From Raillietiella orientalis (taxonomy: Eukaryota): 64,000 nucleotides of DNA. The DNA lies in contig JAYWIR010000042.1 of NCBI GenBank assembly GCA_036172245.1, forward strand, positions 1,364,001-1,428,000, written 5' to 3'. The notes under the pieces are model-generated. The model searched no databases, had not been told where the DNA came from, and worked only from the letters and a program-made list of their open reading frames with translations. The translations under genes and the position numbers were made by a program. Positions 39,121 through 52,599 of the stretch are shown here, piece by piece; position 1 is the first letter of the stretch; every line of letters starts with the position of its first letter.

Positions 39121-41529
39121 ACACTTTAAGAATTATTGTCCTTAAGGTGGAGCGGCAAAAAAAACGAGGCGAGAGGAATGAGGAATGCGCAAAAAAAGAA
39201 TTTTTCGCTAAATCTATGCAGTGGTTGGTGGAGGGAAGACCAAGAGCACCATAAGGGATGATGACTGGATAGGGAAAAGCTTCTATGTGTCATCATTTTG
39301 TTCTTTAACCTAAAACAATATAAAGTGTCCTTACTTCCTTCCTGTTTGGCACGTTTATAACTGATACCATGATTGTTTCATTTGGAAACGAGAATGGTTT
39401 ATTCTCTTGAGAAATGTGAAAGCTTCTCGTGAGACAATGCGCAGAAAATATTAATTCTGGTGCCACATATGGGTTGTTCCTACATTCATGTGGGTCTTCA
39501 CTTTAGATTCCATTTTAATTACAACGAAACTTCATTTTTCCCCCGGACAAAAAATCTTTCCATGAGAATTTCAATGCAAATTGTTCATCCAGTTTCATTA
39601 GTATGTTTCTCTTCCAGATGTCTAGAAAATCAGCGAATGATGTGGGATGCACTTGTGAAATAGCTTAGTTTAGTTCCTTGTCAGTGCTCCAGTTTGATTT
39701 CTTGGGGCTAACTAGCACATATGCATCTCAAATTCGTTCCTTTTATTGCAGAAAAAAGAGCTCAGATTAACTTTATTTATTTTATTTTTTCTCACGGGAC
39801 ATTTTTTTTTAATCATTTAGTAGTAAAAGTTGAAGTACATGAAGTTGAAGTAGATGAAGTACATCTCTTGAGTACAGGTTTTCAGTTCTGCTTTTAAATT
39901 TACTCTGAACATGTTCCAAACGATCTTCTTTTCATGAAATAACAGCATAAATTATTTTGGAGGCCAAGATGACATTTGTTCGCCATTTATATTCATGACA
40001 GAGAGAAGCTAGATACACCATCTATTACTGAAGGTGGTGGCTGCGGTTCAAGGTTCCAATGTGTTGACTTCGCATGCATGGCAGTCCACAAATTTGTCCT
40101 TTTTGAATCAAAGTTACATAGACATAAGGTAAATTGCCTTATTTCAGTTATAACTCTATTAACCTGGTCTTTGCTTCCCAAGCACGTTCTCCGCAAAACG
40201 AAGATGACTATTTCACCTTCATTTTTTACTTAGTCGTACCAATCATAAAAGGGTTGGGAATCTGACGAATTCTGCTCGCATTAGTCATTCCACAAATCAG
40301 TAAGTTCACATTTTGACACTTTCTCCCTTCCTTTTCTGTAACTGTCCTAATGGTATTTCAAAGGAGCAAGACTGGAATGAACCCCCCTACCCATCCACAT
40401 GGCTTTTCAGCTATCTTCTTCTCACGAATCTATTCATCCAGAAATACGGACCAGAAAAGCATCTCTGGAAGCACTGGGATGAAGAAATTGGCAATTTTAA
40501 TGTTAATTTTACTTTTCTCTGAAAATGTTCGTTTTCTGTTTTGGTGCTCTTAATAGAAAGTTAGCAGCTACGTTTATCTTCAAAATGCGAAGATAGCATT
40601 CTAATATTTAATTAACGGTCACATTTTTTTCATGTGAAGGATAGAATTTTATTTTTCTCAAAAGCATCTGATAAATAAGAAATCTAATATATAAGAAGGC
40701 TATTAGGAATTTTGACTTTCTGAACGCGTGGAGGCAGAGGAATGAGGAAATGTTTTAACCAAAAAATGAAAATCGAGTCTTGTGATCTCTAATTAGAAAG
40801 CTTTGTGATTTAGAAATGGATGCAGGATTTACTAAAGTGATTTTTATAAAGAGTTCAAAATGACATTAAAGTTTGTGAGCTCCATATTAAATTTTCTATT
40901 TACAATTAAAATCCATTTCTCATTGTTTTCTTCATGTAGGATTTTTTTTATGCCAATATGATGGATTTTTTTGCTCCCTTTCTTAGTCCTAACTCTTTTA
41001 AACTTAATATTACTTGGATCTGTAGTCGTATGCTTACATAAAAGTGATTCCACACTTCAAAAATGCTCCAAATTAGAAGTCAAGTCAGTCGCGTGTTTCG
41101 ATTCATTTAAACCAAATGTTCCTTGTAGTCAAAGGATAAATAAATAAATGCAAGAAAATTTTCCAATAGTTTTCATAACTAATTACGAAGAGCCTTAATC
41201 ATTTAAGAAATAATAAAGTTGGACCTCCTGTAAGCTTCGAATGTTTAAACGTTACTCGCGGTAACCTTGTTTACATTTAGTGAAACAACGGCCGGTGTAG
41301 AATGTGGCATGGGTTTTACATGCTGCTCCAGGTGTTTCTTGTTTTTGCAAAATTGCCTTTATATTTGAGCTTCCAATTCACATCTTACGAAAAATGAAAA
41401 ACTTTATGACTTATTCAAAATCTGATACTGTGAGAAAACGTGATATTGCAGTTTCGTTAAAGCCTCTTGTGAAAGAGAATTGTTGAAAGCAGTTTACAGA
41501 AATGTTCATTCCACTGTTGCAGCAGTTCG

Positions 41530-41537
41530 GCGGGAAA
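41530..41537 (-). promoter_or_regulatory. Candidate E2F site (TTTCCCGC) upstream of NCAPG2
   Basis: GCGGGAAA on + matches the TTTSSCGC consensus, about 150 bp before the ATG of a cell-cycle gene. An 8-mer can occur by chance. Confidence 0.3.
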
Positions 41538-41688
41538 TGTGATCAAAACCCTTCAACCCTTCAATCAGAAGCAGAACAATTGTATGCATCCATAGAAGAT
41601 AACTGTAGACACTCATTTCCGGATATGTGAAACTGTTGTTGCTAATACCAGTTTTGTATCTAAATATCTGTATTTTCTAACAGATGAA

Positions 41689-44600
41689 ATGGAAATTTTA
41701 GAAGATTTTATTGGTGTTCTTGAAAAAAAGAATTGGCAATCTATGGTAACATTTTTGAGGCAGCTTAAAGGTCAGAAGGTATGACATGTTTGTAGCATTT
41801 TGTATTTGTGTATTTAATGTTCAGCTGTTTCTTTGACACAAGCAAAGTTATTATTTTATTGTTATTGTATCCCCAGCTTTCGGAATTTTACAAGAAAATT
41901 GTGGCTTGCGAGCCCCACACTTTAGAAGTTATATTCAGCTTTTTTGAAGAATACTCATCAGCTGCAAATCTTAACACATTATTGTATCAGGTGATTAGTT
42001 TGTTATTTGGAATCTTTATTATTAATTCATTTAGGAAACGGAAGACTGTGACATTATCAATATATTTTTGAAGCTAATGAGACTTCTTTTTGAAAACAAA
42101 GAGCAACCCTTCCCAAAATTTCTTCAGAAAAGTGCTGAAAGATTTGTTTCTGTCAATTTGCATGACATCAAAAATAAAAAATTAGTGAATAATCTTTTGT
42201 ATTTGTATGACGTCTGGTTTAAAAAAGAATACCCGCTTGTGGATCACTTAGGATTTGCAGTTCTTTATGTTCTGAAAAGTTCATTAGACTCTGATGTGGT
42301 AATTTCATTTGCATTCACTGTGCAAAAAAATATATCTGTTTTAGAAACGTAATGTAAAAACTTTGTGGCAATGGAGAAATGGCTTCAAATATGTTTCCTT
42401 TGAGCAATTACAAATTTTATTGGACAAAGCTTTTCGATCAGAAACTTTTTTGCAGTCTATGGAGAGCATTAATTTTGTGTGCTTCTTATTCATGCATAAG
42501 GAATTTTTTCAGCAGATTCATTTGCAAATCAAGATGCTTTTGCCTTCAATAAGCATTGCTCATTCTCAAAATTTGGGCAAGGTATACTACCACACATGGT
42601 TGAAATGGGAATATCCTGATAAGCAGGTATTTTTGAAAAAACAGGTATAGTACATTCAACTTACATTAGCAGTTATTTGAGGAGCAATGCATCCAAAACT
42701 TGATGTTTCATGCAGTGCATGCAAATAGGGATTCTGCTTTCAATCTTCATCACAAGCTTTTGAAGCTGCTACATGTTTTCCATCAAAATCGAAATTCCAA
42801 AGCTGTTAGTCAAATGCTTTTTAAATTGTACAGCCCTATTCTTTGGAGGTCTCTGAAGGTAAGGATTGATAGCATGACTACCTGATTTTGCAATTTAAAA
42901 AAACTTTGCATTAATTCCTCATAACCATATTTCAAAGGAAAAACATCTCTTGCAAATAAAATTTGGAGCAGTGAATCCATTCTATAACCATTGAAGTGTA
43001 TTTATTTATGCTTTCTTATGCAATGCATTTAATCATACATGGTATGATATGTATGTATGATGTATTTTTCTTTCCCTTTGGTTTTTGGCTGAAAAATAAG
43101 AATGAGAGAGCTCATTATGAGGAAGTTTCAACTTTTTGAATAGATAGAACAATCTCATTATTTTTGTGTTTCCTCCATATTTAGAGAGAATCAAGGAATG
43201 CACTTGTTTCCTGTAGAAATTGATATGTTGAAACGATGAATTAACACTTAATTTTTTTTGTAGTATTACTACTTGAAGTTCGCCCCATTTTGTAAAATAA
43301 TTTTGAGTTGTTTTTTATTGTAGTAATTTTCTGTCTCAGTTTGCAATATTTCTGGGCTTGAGATTTGTTTTAGTTAACAAGTCAGAATAGGGTGTGATTA
43401 CTACAAATCTAGTCTGTATTCTTTAATTTAAATGTATCTCACAGATTTTTCTTAAATTTTCTGTCATTTGCCCATGTTGTTCCTGCTTACAGTTTTACCA
43501 GAAAATCAATCCTAAAGGAGTTCATTCACTTGTAGTTCCTACTATTATTATCTAGGTTGCCAACTGGGAGGTCCGCTGTAATGCTTTAAACATTTTCTTG
43601 GATGTATTCCCATTGGAGAATCCTTGCAACAACAAGGCAGAAGCTGTAGAACAGTTTCAGACTCAGTGCAGGCTGATGAAGGAATTGCTGGAGGATCCTA
43701 ACATAAGTATTCAGTGTCATGCTTTCAAGGTATAGCCTCACCAGGTCTTTCAAGAGCATCAGGATTTCTTGTCTAGGGTGCTGCTCATATTTGTGCATCT
43801 TATTGGAAATGTATCCCCGATTGCATTCTAGCTCAGATTATTAGTGCCTTCTTCAATATTTCCTCAAACAGCTCTCCTAAAGTTAGGAAGGAGATCTACA
43901 AGGTAGTTGGAAATTTGCACACAATGAGACAATTATGTACAAGCACAGGGAATCGGAATCATCTTACAAAATCCCTTATCCCATTCCTTCCTAGAAGAAA
44001 AATTGCCACAATTAAGTTTATATATCCATGATGTGAATACAGATGCTCGCAAAGCGTTTGTCAGCCTGTTATTAGAAGTAACCAAGATGAAGATTCTGCC
44101 TTTTTGGAACATTGTCGAACCATTCCATCTCATCAGTCGTTTGAAGACAGATCCTCCTAGCATATGTCAGAGAATAGCAAGGTTGCTGATGGACAGTTTT
44201 ATGCCTTCTGGTGCTGGTAGTATGGAGATGCTTCAGCGCTGTATCTACCTGATATCCTGCGATCGTGAAGCATCGTTACACTTTTACTCAGTAGCAAGCA
44301 GTATCGCGGAACAGAAAACTGTTGCTTGTCTGTTGCTCTCAATATGTACTGCAGTTCGAGCCCACATTCTGGAATCACAACAGCTTATGAGCCTAGCACC
44401 CCAGAAAAAGCGACTTGCCATTGTCAAGTCTCGTCGCCATAATTCGACGAAGTGGTTGAAGGATTTTAAGTCCGTGTTGCATGATGACCAGATTCTTGTT
44501 GGACTTATTGATATCTGTTGCATACTTCTGGCATTCAATCAAGGGAGGTTGTCCAATGTTGAGAATCGGAGGTTTAAGGATGTGATGCACAATTTCTCCT

Positions 44601-46291
44601 CGAACTTGCCTCATTTCATCCAATTTTTCAAGGTAAAGCAGATTCTTTATCACCACAGATGATAACTGTTACAGAATTCAGATACAGCTTATCCCAGCAT
44701 CCTGTTCCTGAGCAGCTTGCTGCCATCTTTCGCAATGGAGTATCCCATTTCCCAGTGTTTATTAAAGTTTGAGAGTTTGCTGGACACTACCAGTTCAGAA
44801 TCATTTGGTTACTACGTTGATGCGCTATGCAAATGGAAAAGAGGAGAGACTTTTTTGGAATTGATAGGATCCTGGTTGAAGGAAGGATTGTATATTGCAA
44901 CTCAGCATGTTAAACCTCATTCCCATGGAAGATTGCAGTTCCAGCCTATAAAAGGAGCCAAACCGCTGCTAGCTGCTGGCTGCCTCAGTTATGCTCTATG
45001 CAATTTCCTGAATCTGACTGTTTTATTAGAGAGAAATCAGTCGCAGCTAGAGGCACTCTGTGAGCAATTGGCATATGTCTTGGTGTGTTTCTAGTTTTTC
45101 TGAGACCAAAACTAATGCCAGACTCTCCACCAGGATTTGATGAATGGCTATCTTGTGAAAAGACGCACCAGGTTCAGTTGTCAAGAGACTGTTAGCAACA
45201 TTGCCGCCTTTTTGTGCAAGACGTACATTTGCTACCTGCAGCTATGCTGTGTTCTTCATAGTGAAGACAAAATGCTCAATCTATTGGTCTGGAGTCAAGA
45301 GCACTTTGTAGAAGTGCTCAAGAGCTCCGAGCCAGATCTAGAAGGAAAAAAGAAGATTGCTTTGCAACTGCTCCACAAAACTGTATTGTATGCCAGCAAT
45401 ATGCTAGCAGTTGGACAAGCATGTCACATTGCGGACACATTAGTGGAAACTGTACGACTAGTTTTATTGCTGGGTAACTTCATTGCTTTACAATAGTCTG
45501 CCTGATCCTGAATTTTTCAGATCCGTACGAACATTGCATCCAGGTGTTGGATGTTGTAGACAAACTGCATGAGCATGCCATCCAGCACCAGGATGCAGAG
45601 CTACAAAATGCTGTTTCAGTTATTGTGGAGAGCTGTTTATACCATCTTCCATATTGGGCTGCCTGTCATCTTGGCAGAGATCGGCTATCTTATGTGATAT
45701 CGTTTGTAGATAAGATGCTTTCCTCCTATAAGCAGCTTCTGCCTGTGTTTGCCAAAGCTTTGCATGGCCAGTTGTGCAGTGATAAAGATCACTTTCTTGT
45801 TCAGAGAATGCTTACATTGAGTTGCAACTTGCATCCTGAGCTAGCATCAGAAGTTTTCCTAAGATTAGAGGATACAGATGATTTGCTTCAGGTTTGCTTG
45901 GTTTCTATTTGCATACCTAGAGAATGGCAAATTCCATTTTTTTTTTTTTTTTCTTCTTCCTTTCTAGAAAGGGCATCAATCATTAATGTTGGCCAGAAAA
46001 ATGTCACATTTGAGGAAGTTGCTTCCAGAAAAGTTACAGCAAAAGTTCCAATCTGTTCTCAAGGAAGTGTTAACTGATGGTCTAAAGATCCACCCCAATA
46101 ATCCGTATGACTTTCGTGTTTTCCAGTATGCTGTTTTTCATACATCCCTTTCAGGATATGGCTTGAATTGGAAACGGCTATCAAGTCCTGCTGCTCCTAA
46201 ACCAGGATCCTGCTGTCATGTATATAAATTAGTAAATCATCAGTTGTTTCCGTTTCGTTCCCCACCTTACATGCACATTCATCCGATGTAA
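41689..46291 (+). CDS. NCAPG2: Condensin-2 complex subunit G2 (CAP-G2, HEAT-repeat), spliced gene, about 1120 aa
   Basis: Phase-compatible GT-AG exons: 41689-41778, 41877-41990, 42035-42298, 42345-42626, 42673-42858, 43556-43729, 43777-43902, 43949-44632, 44675-45082, 45134-45473, 45521-45891, 45968-46291. CAP-G2-type motifs: EEQCIQNLMFHAVH, LYSPILWRSLK-VANWEVRCNA..IFLDVFPLENP, ICASYWKCIP, ILQNPLSH.FLE, IHDVNTDARKAFVSLL, FWNIVEPFHLISRL. The exact start codon and last exon are less certain. Confidence 0.9.
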
Positions 46292-47279
46292 GAAAACTCA
46301 TCACGTTAAAAACTCAAGCAAGATTGAAGCGGCATGAAATATCAATAATGGCTGTAGGTATGCATGAAGAAGGAAAAAATTTCTCATGAGGAAGTCTTGT
46401 TGCGTTTAAAGGAGGAGGCAGCAGTGAGTACTTGATGTGCAGTTTTGTGTGTGTAAATTTGAAAGGATCATTTAAGAAACTAGGAGTTAATAAACATCAC
46501 AAAAAATAACACACTGTAGTGAAAGTGCTGTGCTTCAGAGGGGATCTGTTCCTTTCCTTGAGGATGTCGAATGTGATAGAGTTATGGAGTTGCTCCATGG
46601 ATTGTTTGGATTTGCAACAGTGTTTCGCACAATCGGAAGCACACCATAGTAGAGGGCATTACACATTAAAGAACACTCATTCGAGCCCTCTGACCTTGTA
46701 CGTGCTTGTGTGTGCTTCTGAGTTCGCTGATTTGAAAACATTATTTTTCCTTCAAATGTGTGCTGCGTTCAGAGTAGACCGATAAATACTATTGACAAAT
46801 ATGTGAAGACTGATGCTGAAAAATAAGCCGTCATAACGTTTGTTCAGTACTGCAAGTTACACAGCTTTCAACAGAGCAAATGAAGAATAATTAAATAATT
46901 ATCATCCATCCGTACTTGAGACTTCCTCTACTTTCAGTTTTTCATGGTCGTTGACAAGAGGACAGATCCCTTGACACAAATGTTTCCTAGAAAGACTCTT
47001 CAGAGACCAAGTCTCCATTTACTGTAGGATTCCAAACCGAAGCGTAGCTCCCAGTGTCATCTCTAATGGACCGAGTGCGGCTTCCTGGAATCAAAGGATG
47101 GTTTTCACATGTTCACACCATCCTTCGACCCTTTCGAAGGCGTTTGCCGAAGTGATGGATTCATTTTGTTGTCGATCCTGCTTTCGAAACAGAAAAAAGA
47201 CGAAAGTGAAAGCCATGTTGGGTGTTTTTTTTTTGCTTGTTTTTCTTTCCATGCCGCCGTACTGTTAAACAGGAGTCAC

Positions 47280-47560
47280 TCCTGAAGGAAATCCTAATCA
47301 GTTGAAAGCATCCTGCGTGCTGAGGATGTTTCGAGATGTTTTGCCTTCCTGCGATGTCGGCACGAGGGGAAACATCCACACCATCAGCATTGGCTCCTTG
47401 ATGTACTGTGGGGATCCGAATCAAAAACGAAATGTAAGAAATGCCCAGTCGGATGGGAGGTTGGATGCTCCCCGTCGTTCAGAAAAGCTCTCGAGGCGAA
47501 CTCGGGTGCCTGTAATCTGATCTGTCTTCCGCATCCCATCAGGTGCATTGGAGGTGTGCA
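47280..47560 (-). mobile_element. Probable Penelope-like element RT C-terminal relic
   Basis: HPTSHPTGHFLHFVFDSDPHSTSRS resembles the PLE motif RKPT.TG.YLHF.S.HP.S.K. Weaker similar motifs lie at ~27545-27650 (+), and GIY-YIG-like YLGTLSINFRISEHRK at ~26510-26560 (+). Confidence 0.35.
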
Positions 47561-48057
47561 TTGAAGCAGAACTTGCCGAAACAAACAACCTGAAATAACT
47601 AGTTCGTTGTTTCTTTCCCGCAGCCCCTCGAAATTCAATGCTTTAGGGCCTCCAAAAAAATCTCCGAAAAAAAAAAAAAAGCACTTTAGTCCTATTCGTA
47701 GATTGGAAAGCATTTTACAGAGCTAGCGTTTTGTCTTCAAGTTCCGACTGGGAACCGTAATGTGGACTTGTTGCGTTCTGAACAAGTGGAAGGAAGAAGC
47801 GTTCGGCGAGGCATTCTTTTATTTCCATAATCGTAAAGCAATTGTAACGTTCTCTGATTCTCGGAATGGAAGCACCGACGAAAACGAAAATTTCAGATTC
47901 TATTGGTATTCTCTCAGGTCCCTCCTCATGAAGTGGATTGGGAATTCCGTTTCTTATGGATGCACATGGATGGATGCAAAACTAAACCGCATCTTCATTT
48001 TTTTTTTTTTTTTTTTTTTAATTCGAAATGAGTAGAGTGTGGTAACGATCGATACCT

Positions 48058-49217
48058 TTTTATCGAGGCATTTCAGGTTATTACAAAAGCTGCCGTTTAA
48101 ATGGTTCCGGAGGCTCTTTCGCGAGTGTTGTTTCCTCCGTGTTTCTCACGGTTCCTCGGTGCTCTCTTCCGGGGTGAGAGCGTCGTCCAGATCACCTGGT
48201 TGGGCTGCATCTTTCTTTTTTACATGCGTTGCATAGATGCTACTTGAAAAGCGGATGCAGGTGGCTACCATGCGCTGTCGTAGCCTCATCAGCTTCTTCT
48301 TCGGAATTCCTAGGTGTTGGAGTACGTTGTCGTTTTCAGGATCCCGTGCTCCAAGCGGGCCGACAGGGATCGCCTGCACTTTAGTCATTTTCCCAGTGTT
48401 TCCGAGTTGCATGGCGACATCTTGGTACCTGGCTTCTTTGATTTTCCTCGCTGTGGTGAACGTCTCCTTTCCGTTTCCGAATGGGCAGGAGATGTCCAGC
48501 ACACCTATTCGGTCTCGTTTTTCCAAAACCAGGTCTGGTTTTAGGCTGGAGGTGGTTCCTGGCACTCTGCGATTACTCGATCCAAGAGTCCACTTGGCGT
48601 CATCCGTTGCGGCCTTCTTGATAATCTCCAGGATAGCATCATGGCGCTGCATCGTCAAAGGCGAGTGCTTTTTGCATCTGTTGAGCACATGTGATAATGT
48701 TTCATCCTCTGTTCCGCAGCGTCGACATATTCTTCCGTGTACCTCTTTTGTTGGTGCAGGGTTTAGTGGCAGAAGGTTCACTCTTGCCGCATGGATGAAC
48801 CTGTAGTCTTGGTGTCTTAAGTGGATTCCGTTTGCATGGAAGAAGCTTGAAGAGTGATGCATGCCCACGCACTGCATGGCCTTCCTTTGACTAACGTGAT
48901 TTTCAATAAGGGGTTGCCATGCGTACTCTCGCTGCAATGCTCTTAAGCCGGAGGCGAGCCGTCTTCTTGCACTGCTGGTGAAGAGTATTCCGTCCACCGT
49001 GACGCTGAGTTCTCCTTGTCGAAACTCCCAGCGTGCCTTTATTCGTCTAGAGACCTTCCTTTCGACCAGAGGCTCTCAGCATCCCTGCTGGACCTCGCGA
49101 TCTTCTTGCCCGTCATGAATTCCTCGAGATTTTCCTCTGTCGAGGCTTCTTGCATCCGTGTTTGGACGATTTTATCCAGGGTTGTTTTTGCAAGTTTACT
49201 TACTGCTTTGTCTGCTG
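48058..49217 (-). mobile_element. 5'-truncated NeSL/Utopia-type non-LTR retrotransposon: C-terminal CCHC finger plus restriction-like endonuclease
   Basis: ORF 48146-48997: DYRFIHAARVNLLPLN, CRRCGTEDETLSHVLNRC, RHDAI, KPDLV...VLDISCPF, ARKIKEARY, IPVGPLG. The upstream frameshifted part TSADKAV...SLWSKGR is typical of this clade. Confidence 0.9.
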
Positions 49218-49383
49218 ATGTAAAAAAGAAAGATGCAGCCCAACCAGGTGATCTGGACGACGCTCTCACCCCGGAAGAGAGCACCGAGGAACCGTGAGAA
49301 ACACGGGGGAAACAACACTCGCGAAAGAGTCTCCGTAACCATTTAAACGGCAGCTCTTGTAATAACCTTTAATGCATAATAAA
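49218..49383 (+). repeat. Inverted copy of the RLE element 3' end (arm matching 48058-48225)
   Basis: Reverse complement of 48058-48225 with few mismatches; ends in AATAAA. Confidence 0.9.
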
Positions 49384-52300
49384 GTTTCTTATGGTAGCAC
49401 ATGGATGGATGCAAAACTAAACCGCATCTTCATTTTTTTTTTAAATTCGAACCGAGTAGAGTGTGGTAACGATCGATACCTTTTTATTGATGCATTAAAA
49501 ATCAACGGGCATGTCAGGGTCAGCTTACATGGATACGGAACCTGAAACCCTTCGTTGGTTCCTCTCCAGTGTTTCTTCACGTTTTTTTTTTTTTTTTTTT
49601 CTATTTTACCCAAATTGCGAGTTTAGTTCGCCCATAGTCGTGGTCGAAGGTCCTTATTTCTGCGCTCAGAGGAGCATTTTTAGCAACTCACCGACAGACA
49701 ACTGATGTTAGCAGGGGGCGATTTTGTTTAGGGAGATTGCAGCAGCTTCCCACTAATGCACGAAACCGAGGTGGAAAACTGGGAAAGGAGAAGAAATCCA
49801 CGGCCGATTTTGCATCGTATGGAATTGATTCCTGTTCAATGGATTCGGCTGAAGTTCATTTTCATCACTGTGACGGCGTAACGAAGTCTTCATGGGAAAA
49901 CGAACTCAGATAGAATCAGGACAGTAAGGCGAGCTTCAGAAAGTCCTGGGTCTCCTAGAGCGAGAAAGGGAAAGGAAAAAAAAAAAAAGATGAGCCAGCG
50001 AAAAATTAGTTGAAGAAAATCCTTCAGCTAGGCTTCATTTTTTCCGGAGGCAAAAAACATCGAGCCCTTCCAAACTTGCCTAAATTAGGAAGCAATCTTT
50101 CAGAGTTCGAACGCTGTCGATACAGCCTCCCAAATATCAAAATTGATTTCACAAGTCAAACGCGTTTTCTTTGCTGTTGCCTCGAAAGGTTCCAGTTTGC
50201 AGACAAAGAAGCTTTCCGGAAGTCTTCGAGACAAACTCAGAACTCCGACACCATCGCGGGCAGCGTGCTGGTTCGAAGGAAATCCTGCAAGAAAATGTGT
50301 CTCGTGCAGAACTTTGGAATCAAACTGAAAAGAATAGGAGCGATTTGGAAGGCATTAATCCGGAAATCCGGAGATCCCAGGAGGCCACCAACAAAGGAAA
50401 AGGTCCCCTGACCTCCTGGTTGACTTCAAATAAAAGTTTCGAAGTAGAACCTACCGTCATGAAGAACAGAGACTGCCCTTGACATGCTCGGCGGACTGCA
50501 CCTGACTTGCATAGGAAGTTGCTGGAAGAAACTGTTCCTTCCGAGTTGCCAGGTGACAAGCGGCTCGTCGGGGGGTCAGCTTCCGAACCATAAATGGTGT
50601 ATTTCTCACACATGTACACGCACGCCTGTGCGCATTTGCTTGCCCTTGCCTCAGCGTCCATCAGGAATAGGTTTTGTATTTTTTTTTGTGTGTGTATTCC
50701 CCCCCCCCCCCATATTGTATTTTGCTGACTCGGTTTGCTTGTTCCCAGGTATTCTTCCCCGGATCTGGAGCAGATATCAAAGGTAAAAAGTCGGTTCATT
50801 ACTGAGGTATCAGTCTTTCTCCCATTACTGTCCTGGAATGAGATAAGCATCTTTGGGTTCGCGTCTTTTGTGTATTCAACTAACAAGAAGATAGGCAGTA
50901 ACTTCGCTGGTTGTTTTTTCTGAAAAAATAAATAAATAAAAAATAATTGTTTATTGCTTCGGTAATTTCTGCACAGTAAAATATCCGAAAACTCTCAGTA
51001 AAACGCGATTCCCATCCCGTGAAGATTTTCAAGTTGCTTTCCCACAGCAGTGACTTTGCTAGTGACCGGCGAATTAAAAAAAAAAAAGATGTGCTCTATT
51101 GCGTGATAATTTTAGGTTAAGGTGCCCCCTAAACAAATTTGCCCTTCTTCTTAATTCCACTTGCGGTTTCAAGAGTTTGGATTTCCTTCGAAAGACCTGG
51201 AATTTCCTGTAGTAAGGTCATCTTTGTTAGGGGGGGGGGGGGGGAGGGTGTCTGCGAGGTGAGAGAGAGGTGAGCTTCTGGAAAAAAATTGAACTGATTC
51301 AGTTTTTTCCGTGTTACGAAAGAGAGCTTCAAAACTGCTTCTCATCTTTCGCACGTGTAACAGAGAGCACGCCTGCGTTGCAGCGGGTAAAGATCAAATC
51401 TTCCTGGACGAATTGATACTGTGCGATTCCTTCTTACCGAAGGCGTGGGCGTGTTCGTGGGTGCAACAAAAACAAAATAATATCCATCCTTACACGGAGA
51501 GGAAAAGGAAAGCAAGAAAAGCAGATCCTTATTGCATAACGTCGGTACTCGCAAACTAAATTCGAGGAAGTTTCTCCTTGTCCCCATTTTAGACAGAAAG
51601 ACGACGGAAACGAACGTTTACTGGAGATTTTCTGGCAAAAAAAAAAAAAAACAGTTTTCTCATCAATGTGCAGAGAACCCCGCTGTTTCAATATTGTTCT
51701 GCGCAGGAATTAGCTTGCATTCCATTTCCCTTAGTTTCCCATTGGAAACGGGGTGCATGTCGTTACATCTCAGAACTCTGTCATTTCAAAAGGAAAATCC
51801 TTCTTGCCTCTTGTCCACCTCTCTTAAATACCAGTTGCCATTTCGTAACCAGGTATCCACTCCCACATCAGAATCGATGGGTCTTACCGAATCATGATCA
51901 CCGAGCAGCACCACTTAACCTTGACTCGGTATCCCCTTGAAGCTCCATAGTGGTGACCGTGAGATGGTTGCTGGCTCATGCTCGTTTCGAGGATCTCCTC
52001 TTTTGTGTTTCGGAACCACGCTCTTCGTCAGTGAATCGGACTTGCAGTGGCTTCCACGGAGGTGATCGTTCACGTCACTTAGTGCGGAAGAATGGCCAGG
52101 TGCTCCTTGTGTTCTTCTGAACTGCAAATTTAGAAAGCTTCTACGAGGACTCGAAGACTGAGTTTCAAGGGTTTTTGGCGTATTTTACCGCCACTGCGTT
52201 CCGTGAACTCACTCGAATGCAACCATTCTGAGCAGATGTGGTGAGGTTCAGAGATGTAAGCAGACTTTCAAATATGAGGCGCAGCACGGAAAGCAAAGCC

Positions 52301-52599
52301 CCAGTCGAGCTCATGCGCCATTGCAGCATCTCTGGACACCAAGGATGAAAACATCCTTGGTGTCCATAGGAAAACTTCTCGCGAATAGTTCTGAACACGT
52401 CTTCTCCAGTGGGATTCTAAGAACAAGCATCTGGACCCAAACGCTTCGCAGCCAGACGCTCTCATTTCATTGGGTCGTTTCCGGAGTCTTTCTCAGAAGA
52501 CCTCTACTCATCTTCCTTTCCATCTCATTTTCTCATAGCTGCTTGATTATCATGGCTTCGAAAAACTGAACTTGTCCGAGAAATTCTCTCTTGGGATCT

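Larger units (their letters stand above)
47949..49487. repeat. Direct repeat pair 47949-48063 / 49384-49487 flanking the RLE element
   Basis: GTTTCTTATGG..GCACATGGATGGATGCAAAACTAAACCGCATCTTCA(T)n..GAGTAGAGTGTGGTAACGATCGATACCTTTTTAT is present on both sides; the copies differ mainly in poly-T length. Confidence 0.9.

Noticed and set aside
49384..49395. GTTTCTTAT after the RLE element 3' end resembling the U2 snRNA target of Utopia; also AAAGTGTAGT at ~63436-63445
   Set aside because: Matches are only 8-10 nt and no U2 gene is present; indistinguishable from chance.
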